Shown: positions 10,527 to 19,866 of the stretch, piece by piece
Layout: every line of letters starts with the position of its first letter
Position numbering within the stretch: the stretch's first letter is position 1
Origin: Ministeria vibrans ATCC 50519
Lineage: Eukaryota > Protista > Filasterea
Length of the DNA: 32,780 nt
Reading direction: 5' to 3'
NCBI GenBank assembly: GCA_943704425.1
Contig: CALSCP010000473.1
Span: 14,807 to 47,586, forward strand
Notes under the pieces: generated by a model
The model's database searches: none
The model's input: the letters and a program-made list of their open reading frames with translations, nothing else
What the model was told of the DNA's origin: nothing
Position numbers and translations under genes: made by a program

Positions 10527-11725
10527 ATGCTCCGCACCCTACTCCTTTCTAGAACCATGTCGACCATTGTACACACTGATGCTGCTCCCGCTGCGATCGG
10601 CCCTTATTGTAACAGTCCTGTTCATTAATAATAATAACAATAATTATTATGATTGTCTCATATGATGTCTATTCAGCGCAAGCTGTCATTGCAAAGAACG
10701 GCACGGTCTATGTGAGCGGACAAATCCCGCTGACGCCGGCGGGTGAGCTCGTGGAGGGCGACATTGTGAAGGCATCGGTACGAACGAACGAACGAACGAA
10801 TGATCGCTCGTCTGATCAGCGCACAACTGACTCTCTCGCGCGCGCCAGGAGCAAGCGCTGCAGAACATGACCGCCATTCTGACGGCAGCCGGCTGTACCT
10901 TGGACGATGTGGTGAAAACCAACTGCTATCTGAAGGACATGAATGATTTTGCGGTACACTTTGATTTGAGAGGGCAGAGAGTGAAGTTCATTACTGTGAT
11001 TGTGATTGTGAAATTGTGACCTCTTGTCTTTATTGTGCATCGTGTCATTGTCTTCATTGTGCGTTTTGACCTTGTCTTTATTGTGCATTNNNNNNNNNNN
11101 NNNNNNNNNNNNNNNNNNNNNNNNNNNNNNNNNNNNNNNNNNNNNNNNNNNNNNNNNNNNNNNNNNNNNNNNNNNNNNNNNNNNNNNNNNNNNNNNNNNN
11201 NNNNNNNNNNNNNNNNNNNNNNNNNNNNNNNNNNNNNNNNNNNNNNNNNNNNNNNNNNNNNNNNNNNNNNNNNNNNNNNNNNNNNNNNNNNNNNNNNNNN
11301 NNNNNNNNNNNNNNNNNNNNNNNNNNNNNNNNNNNNNNNNNNNNNNNNNNNNNNNNNNNNNNNNNNNNNNNNNNNNNNNNNNNNNNNNNNNNNNNNNNNN
11401 NNNNNNNNNTCCTTGTGCATTGTGACCATGTCTTTATTGTGCATTGTGACCATGTCTTTATTGTACATTGTGTCATTGTCTTCATTGTGCGTTTTGACCA
11501 TGTCTTTATTGTATATTGTGACCTTGTCTTCATTGTGTCACTGACCTTGTCTTCATTGTGTCACTGACCTTGTCTTCATTGTGTCATTGTTTCTTACTAC
11601 AGGCCTTCAACGAAGTGTACAGCCGAGTGTTTGGCTCGGCGCGTCCGGCACGCGCTGCTATTCAACCTGCGGTCCTCCCGCGCGGCGCCATGGTTGAGAT
11701 CGAAGCGATTGCGATCAAGCCCTGA
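10527..11725 (+). CDS. RIDA: RidA/YjgF/YER057c/UK114 family reactive-intermediate (2-iminobutanoate/2-iminopropanoate) deaminase. Exons 10527-10608, 10677-10777, 10849-10953, 11603-11725
   Basis: Spliced product contains [45 protein letters not shown] (catalytic Arg) and [13 protein letters not shown]. Second in-frame ATG at 10557. Confidence 0.93.
11015..11590. repeat. ~24-bp minisatellite (TGTGACCATGTCTTTATTGTGCAT and variants) in RidA intron 3, spanning an assembly gap (N 11090-11409)
   Basis: Tandem units are visible on both sides of the N run. Confidence 0.85.
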
Positions 11726-11753
11726 TGAATAATAGTATTAAATTTTTTTCATG

Positions 11754-14275
11754 TTACAGTACACTTTCAATCTCTTCCAAAGACGAGAGCAACTCGTAGA
11801 AGCGCTCATCCTCGGCGTTGCCGTCAACATCGTTCGTCACACAGCAGTCGAGCGCCTTGTTGACAAACTTACAGCCAAACATGAGCCAAAGGACCAATTC
11901 ACGAGAGGTGCGGGGACTTGCGGGAGTGCGCTTCTCCTATGAGCAGCTGGATAAGAAGGGGCGTATGGTGTATAAGTCAATCAAGATGGGAACTTACGGG
12001 CGAACGGAGTTGTTTGATGCGCGGCGGAGTGCACGGCGCACCAGAGGCAGAGACAGAGACGGCGGTGGCAACATCACTGGCAACGTGGCGACGAGCAGCA
12101 TGGACAATGTGACGCAAGAGCGACTGGCATGTGTTGTAGAGGGCACTCGACAGCGCCTCGTCCTTGGCGTACACCTGCGACGCATCGGCAGCGGACGTGC
12201 CCATAGCCAGGGCGGTCGTGTCGCGCAGCACAAGCAGCATGCGCAACACTCCCTCAAAAAGATCGACGACATCCTGGCGCGGACGGCGACTAGTGTGCGC
12301 CGTGTACTCAAGCTCCACGCAACCCATGTAGGCAACGCACAGCCCCACGGCGTCCTCAACAAGCCGATCACACTCACGCACGCACAGTTCCGCCTGCGCA
12401 ATGGGAGCACACTCGAAGAGCAAGCGGATACCACAAAGAAGACGGTCGCGCACAGAGCGCATCAGAGCGACAGAGCGCGAGGCACCCAGACCCTCAACCT
12501 GCTCAAGAACACGGTCGTTGTGCATGCGCGCGGCATCCACCAGGAGCCCCGTTCCGTGCGCCACCAACCCCTCCGGCACCGGCAGTCCAAACTGCACCCA
12601 TCCTTTGGCTCCGTCGCGTAACATCCGGCCCCATAGTCGCTCGCGCGTACGGAACAAATCCTCGAGACGCGCCACATCCTTGTCATAGTCAGCAATGTGA
12701 ACCAGAGCCGTCTCGCCAGCGATTCCAATGCTCTCCACGACATGCACAAACTCTACCATGGCCTCAATGCGCTTCTCGTCGCGCTCCCACTGCGGAAGCG
12801 CCATCTTGACCTCCTTGGTCCCACCCGGGAACCACGTCGGCGCATCCATCAGCACCGTCACAACCTCATCCACATCGCTCACTCGCGTCGGTCGGAACAG
12901 GGGCAGACGCCCCAGCAGCTCCGTCAGCTCACCCTGGCGCTGCTCAGCCAACGCCACAAACGCCGTTTCGCTCATCTTGCGATGGCGCGACTGTAGCGAA
13001 ATCCACTGTTGTCGTCGAGCGTCAATTTTAGGGGGTTGATCGGAGGCAGAAGAAGACGAAGAAGAAGAAGTAGAGGAGGAGGAGGACGCGTTCGCGGTGG
13101 ACGACGAGTGTTTCATGCGCGTGCGCAGTCGCTGTTGCATGTTTGACAGTTTGCGGACGTGGATGGGAGCAGGTGCATCGGCAACGGCGGTGGGACACTC
13201 CGAGGAGGGCGCTGGTGGTGGTGGTGGAGGAGGAGGAGGAGGAGGAGGAGGTCCACCCTCTTCTCCAGTCGCGGGGGTAAATTCGTCTTCCATTGGCTGT
13301 GGGTCGGGCATCGTCTGGGCCTGAGCAATGCTGCTCATGGAGTGAGCGCGACGCAACGGACTGGGCATTACGTCGAGTTCGACGTCACCGCAGTGGGTCT
13401 TCTCCGATGGAGGAGTGACTGGTGCAGGTACGGCCTTTGTGGCCGTGTGGATGAGTTCGCGCTGGAGTTGAAGCGGTGCGAGATCGTTCTCCGGCACAAT
13501 GAGGGCCGACTGTGCTACCGCCGCCGAAGTACTGACCAACGGTGAGGCGGGAAGACACGAGAAGCCGGAAAGTGTCTTGGAGTGGGCTGGAGACATGGCC
13601 ATGTCGATGGAACGCGACCGGCGTCGTGACGCGCCGCGTGCTGCCGGTGAGTCACTGGCGTCGCGACAGTACCACTTGGCGAGTTCGGGCCGCTGAATGC
13701 GTCGTCGACGAGGCTGCTCAGTCTCCACGACGGCAACAGGCTCTTCTTCTTCTTCTTCTTCTTCTTCTTCGTCCTCTTGGACCAATCGCTGTGACTTGGC
13801 GCTCGCCTTGGGTGTGGGCACGCCCAGGTGTGCTCGCCGAAGTGCAGCTGTCGGATCCTTTCGTCGATTTCCCCGACTGTATCGGCCATAGAGATCATTC
13901 TACAAGCAAAGCGGGGCATGGGTGAGCAACAAGGGACCCAGGGCGCGGACACTCCCCCTCCACCCCCACAGTGCGTACCTGCAGCCTCTCCGGCTCAATC
14001 TCGTCTGTGTACGTTCCGTAGACGTCGTCGTCCTCTTCGTCCTCGATCACCGTCTTCACGGCAATGACAACCTTGTCCCACATGGAGCGAAGCTGCGAGC
14101 CCCACGACGACTTGCTTCGACTGGTTGTGGTCGTTGCTTTGACGGCCTTTTTTGAATTCGCATTGTCAGTGATCGCGATCGTCTCCGGCTTTTGCACAAT
14201 TGGCGAATCGCACGACCCGAACGCGTACTCGGTCACGTCGGCGTAGCGCACTCGCTCCGAGTCCATCTTGCTCAT
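11754..14275 (-). CDS. Polyproline-containing protein with CHUP1/IPGA1-like C-terminal helical domain. Exons 14275-13979, 13899-11998, 11936-11754
   Basis: Two GT-AG introns give one continuous frame (~790 aa). An acidic tract and a ~13-Pro run precede motifs EQRQGELTELL, WERDEKRIEAM, WVQFGLPV and LLCGIRLLF, which are colinear with the CHUP1 C-terminus as I recall it. Confidence 0.75.
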
Positions 14276-14681
14276 CGTTTTCGACTTCCATTGCCGCGGT
14301 GGAGGCGACTACGCGCAAAAGAGTACATTTTTGATTTTTTGAATTTTAATTTTTCAAAAGTTTGAGACGCAAGAAGAATAAATATAGGCAGTAAAACGTG
14401 GCAGGTAGAGTCATGCAGGACGCAAACTAGGTACCGTGTCGGTCTTGAACGACTTCTGGGGCGCTGGTTGTTGGGCGACTGAGTTTTCGACATTCTCATC
14501 GAGCGAAGCACGATTCGCATGTCGACGACGCACGGTGCTCTCGAGCGTTGGTGTGCCCGATCCAATGGTGGCGCTGAACATAGCAAACAATAAATAATTT
14601 GTATTTTTAATTTTTGTAATTATTTTCAAATATTTTGCTGATCGAAAAATTTGATTACTTTTTTTTTCTTCTTTTTCTAAG

Positions 14682-16850
14682 ATGATCAGCTGCCGACTGG
14701 CACCCTGCGTTGCCCGGTGCCCGCTTGGAGATGCGCTGTGTTCGTTTGTAGACGATGCAGGCAGTCTGCACGTGGTGGACGTCGGGGCGGCGTGGGGATC
14801 GTCGGCACTGCTGGCCGCCCTGCCGCGCCGGCTGGTGGTCGCGGGGGACGCGCCCATTGAGGCGCATGCCTGGTCTGCGGGCGGGCGTCTGCTGGCGGTG
14901 TCGTGGCGAAACGTAGTGCGGCTGTTTGCGTGCGAGAGGGCGCGGGCAGGCGGTGCGATTGCAGCGGATGCGGTGGGCGACCACACGCTGTACTACTATC
15001 CACGGACGCTGGCGATTGCCGACGACCACGACTGCCGCGGCTCCGCGTGGTTTGTCAACTGCGGCGGACCCGACGGCGTTGACATTTTGAAGGTGTGGCT
15101 GGCTCGCAAGGAGTGTCGCGTCGAGCACTGGCGACACTTGCTGGAGAAGTTCGCTGTCAGTCTGCTGGCCATCAACGAGAGCAGGGAGCGCCAATGCCCC
15201 TCGGACTTGGCCATTGCCGCCTACGATGGGCATCTGGGTGTGTGGCCGTCGTGCGTCGACCAGCAATGCTGGGTTCAGTTGCACGAAGCGGGACTCACCA
15301 CCTCACTGTGCTTCTCGCCCGACAACCACTATCTGGCGCTGGGTTCGTGGTGTGGGACTGTTCGCGTGCTTCGACGCGTTACCAAACAACAACGACAACA
15401 ACAACAGCATCACAAGCAACATCGACAACAACATCATCATCACAAGCACCCTCAACAACAACATCTACAACAACAAGAGCACAAGCACCAGCAGCAACAA
15501 CAACAACAACAACAACAACATCATCATCATCAACAACAACATCTACAACAACAAGAGCACAAGCAGCAGCAGCAGCAGCAACAACAACAACATCATCATC
15601 ATCAACAACAACAACAACAACAACAACAAGGCACCAGTGAGGTGTACGACAACAATGACGACGACGCTGACGACGACAACGACACCGGCGATGAGTGGGT
15701 GACAGACGGACTGCTTGCGGTGCCAACTGTGGGGCACAGCATCGCCGGTACAACACCAGCTACACTGTGTGCATGGCTGCCAGACTCACAGGCACTGGTA
15801 GTGTCGCTTGATCGCGGTGTGTCGGTGTACCATCGTGCGTTTGCGATGTATGGTGCGTCGGACGGCCCATCGCTGTGGGTATGTCTGACGGTGCGCGAGG
15901 CACCTCATCCGCTGCGTGGCCTCTTGGTGCTGCGTGACAAAGCAGTGCTCGTCATGGTCGGTCGAAATCATGTGACGACTATGCTGTGGGCATCGTCGCA
16001 ATCCCAAAGAGAGAGTCGCCATGGAAGCAATAGGGGCGACACTGTGACTGGGGCATTTTCACGAGTGTTGGCCGACGACGAGAGTTTGGGTCAGCGTGTG
16101 CTGCTGGGTTTTGATGACGGGGGCACATCTGGCGTCGCCGACACTTCAGTTGTGGCGTCATCATTGTCGTCCCCACGTCTGTGTCTAGAGTGGACACGGG
16201 ACATGGGCACATCACGTGAGGAGTGTCTGTCACTTCCCATCGAGTTTGTGAGTATCACGACGGCGGGTGCTTCGGCGGTGCTAGTGAGCCGACGGCTGCT
16301 GGTGGTCGTTGCCGAGGGCGTCGTCTATGTGCACGACGACATGGCGGATGCCGACGGAGTGCGCTGGGCTGCGCTTGTGCCCAAGCATGCGCTGGTAGGA
16401 GCGACGCTGACGGCGGATGGGGCACTGGTGCTGGCCGAGTTACACAGTGGCGGCGAAGACGACGACGTCAAGACGGTGACGGTCTCGCTGTGGCGATGGA
16501 GTGCAGCGACTGGGGCACCGGTGGCCGTGGTGGCACGACATGCTGTGCTTCAAATGGCGAGTGCATCGTTGTGTGCGGTGACGGTGCTGTCGTCGCGGGA
16601 GACCGACAGTGACGAGGGTACATGTCCGTCCTTTGCGCTTGCCGTTGACCTGCCTCATGACCATCAGATTGTGTGCGTGTGCAATGCGAGAGACCACGAG
16701 CTTGTGTGGTCTGCTCCGTCCGACCCCACTCCCGGACGCGTGTGTGCTGTGTGGCGACAGTGGGCTCTGTTGCGAGCGCACATGCCCAACGAGTGGTATG
16801 CAGTACATCCCGGTAAGGTGCAAAATGTTTTTAAGTTGGCGTTGTTTTGA
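14682..16850 (+). CDS. WD40-like beta-propeller protein with poly-Q/H insertion
   Basis: 722-aa ORF with WD-like repeats (IEAHAWSAGGRLLAVS, LAIAAYDGHLGVW, TSLCFSPDNHYLALGSWCGTVRV, CAWLPDSQALVVS). A splice-acceptor-like sequence precedes the ATG, so an upstream exon is possible. Confidence 0.7.
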   Translation: MISCRLAPCVARCPLGDALCSFVDDAGSLHVVDVGAAWGSSALLAALPRRLVVAGDAPIEAHAWSAGGRLLAVSWRNVVRLFACERARAGGAIAADAVGDHTLYYYPRTLAIADDHDCRGSAWFVNCGGPDGVDILKVWLARKECRVEHWRHLLEKFAVSLLAINESRERQCPSDLAIAAYDGHLGVWPSCVDQQCWVQLHEAGLTTSLCFSPDNHYLALGSWCGTVRVLRRVTKQQRQQQQHHKQHRQQHHHHKHPQQQHLQQQEHKHQQQQQQQQQQHHHHQQQHLQQQEHKQQQQQQQQQHHHHQQQQQQQQQGTSEVYDNNDDDADDDNDTGDEWVTDGLLAVPTVGHSIAGTTPATLCAWLPDSQALVVSLDRGVSVYHRAFAMYGASDGPSLWVCLTVREAPHPLRGLLVLRDKAVLVMVGRNHVTTMLWASSQSQRESRHGSNRGDTVTGAFSRVLADDESLGQRVLLGFDDGGTSGVADTSVVASSLSSPRLCLEWTRDMGTSREECLSLPIEFVSITTAGASAVLVSRRLLVVVAEGVVYVHDDMADADGVRWAALVPKHALVGATLTADGALVLAELHSGGEDDDVKTVTVSLWRWSAATGAPVAVVARHAVLQMASASLCAVTVLSSRETDSDEGTCPSFALAVDLPHDHQIVCVCNARDHELVWSAPSDPTPGRVCAVWRQWALLRAHMPNEWYAVHPGKVQNVFKLALF
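15386..15630 (+). repeat. Coding CAA/CAG/CAT trinucleotide tract (poly-Q/H) with an internal duplication of QQQHLQQQEHK
   Basis: Directly visible. Confidence 0.85.
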
Positions 16851-17351
16851 GTACGATCCTTTGCAGCTAAAGGGATTTCAAAAAAGATCACTTTTGATGG
16901 CACTTGGGGGGAACTGCTGAAGGAACACAGTGGGTCTTTGGGGCGACTTGCCGAAGCGGTGTAGAAAGATGATTGTATTATTGTAATGATTATTGTATCA
17001 CATTGATTAATGTAGTAGTGTTATTTTATTGCTTGTATAAAATTATTACAAGTCTACAGTGTAATTTAAGGAGACAGACAAAATCGTAAGAACTGAGAAT
17101 CAGAATAGACAATCATACTATTCATAATTATTTTGTCTATGTCACTCTATGACTTTTTGACGTTTGATATTTATCTTTGCCCTTTGGGCTTTGAGCCTTT
17201 ACTGCCCACTGGCCACTGGCCTTGAGGGCAACGTATGTTTGGGTTTGCGAGTGAGAGGCAAAAAAAAAAAAAAAGTTTCAACTTCGAGTCTTAACAATCA
17301 TAAAACAGACAATAGTTAATTAATTCATTATTTTGAGACATTTTATTTGAA

Positions 17352-18045
17352 ATGCTTGTTGCGACTGCGTTTCGAGCGGTACGGTGACGCGAGGCAGCGC
17401 GATGCGACGCGACAGGATGCGTTGCACGATCTGAACCTTTTTTTTTTTTCCTTTCGCTCACAGTCTCGCGCTGTTGTCCCTCGACGCGTCTCCCAGGCTC
17501 TCCGTCCGGCATTGCCATTGAGTAAGTGTGTGGGGGTGGCTGTGTCGTGATTGCGCGGGGCCGTGGGGTTGTTCTCGCGTGGAATCGCTTCTTTTTGCAC
17601 CGAATGCGCTCTGTGGCGCATGGCGGGCGGGGCAGGCCGTCGTTGGATGATCAGCGGTTGGTTGGGGGTGTGTGTGTTGCATTCCATAGCCCAGCAGGCG
17701 CCTCCAGCGTGTCCCATCATTTTTTTTCTGTGCGCGTCGTCTCATCCTGATCCGGTTTTGCGTCTCTCCTCGCTTGCAGTTGGCGCACGATGCATGGCGA
17801 CGGGCACCTACGAGCGTCTGAAGCCGCACTTGAACATCGGCACCATTGGGCACGTGGACCACGGCAAGACGTCGCTGACGGCGGCGATCACCAAAGTGCT
17901 GAGCGAGGCGTCCAACTCGAACAAGGCCATGGCGTACGACGACATTGACAAGGCGCCCGAGGAGAAGGCCCGCGGCATCACCATTTCGACGGCCCACGTC
18001 GAATACGAGGTACCCTTTGTTGTTGCTGTGTTGCTGTGTCTATGT

Positions 18046-18095
<50 letters not shown>

Positions 18096-19591
18096 TGAAA
18101 TACTAATAACTTGATCATTTATGTAGACCGACGCACGCCACTACGCGCACATTGACTGCCCCGGGCACGCTGATTACGTGAAGAATATGATTACGGGTGC
18201 TGCTCAAATGGATGGAGCCATTCTTGTGGTTGCCGGAACGGATGGACAGGTACGAGAGACGCAAGACAAAGACGGGACACGAGAGTAATAATGGTATTGT
18301 TTTCCTTTATAGATGCCTCAAACGCGCGAGCACGTTCTTCTTGCGCGCCAAGTCGGTGTACACCACTTGGTTGTGTTTATTAACAAGGTAGGGTGATGTT
18401 TCATTATTCTTATTGTCTCGCTTTGTCTTATTTTCACTTGTCACTTTCCTCGTTATTGCGTGTTCCATCCACTGTCTCTTTTTTTCATTGCGTCGTGGAA
18501 CTGACTTGTAATGACTTGGGTTATGGGCAGGTTGACATTATGGAAGATCGCGAGGAGATGATTGAGCTTGTTTCGATGGAGATCAAGGAGCTGCTTGACG
18601 AGTTTGGGTTTGACGGCGAGAACACGCCCATTGTGTCGGGATCTGCGGTGTGCGCGCTGAACGGAACGCAGCCTGAGTTTGGTGCAGAGGCGGTGAAGAA
18701 GCTGATGAAGGCTGTCGACGAGCACATTCCCACGCCGGTGCGTCAGCTGGACAAACCGCTGCTCATGTCCGTCGAAGACGTCTTTAGCATTCCCGGTCGC
18801 GGCACTGTTGCCAGTGGACTCATTGAGCGTGGTGTTCTTCTCAAGGTACGACCCTCCCCCCCCTTTCGCCCCATGCACCGTTCATCTGTGTGTCGTTAGG
18901 GCTCGGAGGTGGAGATTGTGGGCCATGGCAAGAAGGTCAAGACGACGGTGACGGGTCTGGAGATGTTTCGCAAGAGTCTCGAGCGAGGCGAGGCCGGAGA
19001 CAACATTGGCGTGCTTTTGCGCGGCGTCAAGCGTGATGAGGTGCGCCACATCATACGTGATGTCTTCTTCTCACACATTTTTGATTCGTTCTATCGTTTT
19101 GGTTTCGTTCTTTTTCTTTTTGTTTTCTTTTTTTGTTTCGTTCTATCGTTTTGGCTTCGTTTTTTTTCTCTCTTTTCGTCTCCGTTCATTATTTAGATTC
19201 GCCGTGGAATGGTCATGACCTTGCCTGGTCAGCAGGAGACATACAAGGACTTCCAGAGCGAACTGTACGTGCTGTCCAAGGCGGAGGGTGGTCGCCACAC
19301 TGCCTTTGTCACAAACTACCGCCCTCAGCTGTTTGCGCGCACCAGCGACGTTGCTTCGCGCATTGTTCTTCCCGCCGACAAGGAGATGGCCATGCCCGGC
19401 GACAACGTTTCCGTAAGCGCGCCTTATCTATGTGTCTTTTTTATCCCCCCTTATTGATCACCTTATCGTAGGTCAACATCGAGCTTCACTCGCCCATGCC
19501 CCTTGAAGTGGGTCAGCGCTTTACCCTGCGCGAGGGAAACAAGACCGTGGCGACTGGTGTCGTTGCCAAACTTGGCGATAAGGTTGTTTAA
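17352..19591 (+). CDS. TUFM: Mitochondrial translation elongation factor EF-Tu. Exons 17352-17378, 17464-17521, 17780-18009, 18127-18249, 18313-18387, 18531-18845, 18900-19040, 19197-19412, 19472-19591
   Basis: [112 protein letters not shown]. Arg-rich, acid-free N-terminal presequence. Confidence 0.96.
18048..18094. repeat. (TG)n microsatellite in EF-Tu intron 3
   Basis: Directly visible. Confidence 0.9.
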
Positions 19592-19866
19592 AATGAAGGA
19601 AATGAAGAAAATTGGTATAGTTAAAAAAATATTAATAATAATTATTATTATAATTATGTCTTCTTCTTCTTCTAATTATTCGCCCATATTTTCTTGGGAG
19701 TTTGGGGCTAGCCTATGTGAAATGTCATTGTGTAATGTATTACTCTTCATTTTCACTTTAGCTGACCTTTTGACCCATATTTGAAATTCGATTCCCATTT
19801 CTCATTTCTCATTTAATCATTATTTTCACTTCATTTACAAGCTTACTTCTCAAGCGTCAGTGTACC

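Noticed and set aside
10926-11544. ORFs with MHNKDMVT-like repeats
   Set aside because: These are translations of an intronic minisatellite and N gap inside RidA.
13200-13260. Polyproline run suggesting a canonical formin or WASP-family protein
   Set aside because: No FH2 signature motifs or WH2/VCA tail are recognisable; the downstream domain fits CHUP1-like better.
17792-19591. EF-Tu as a sign of bacterial contamination or an organellar insertion
   Set aside because: Eight spliceosomal introns and a targeting presequence show it is the nuclear gene for mitochondrial EF-Tu.
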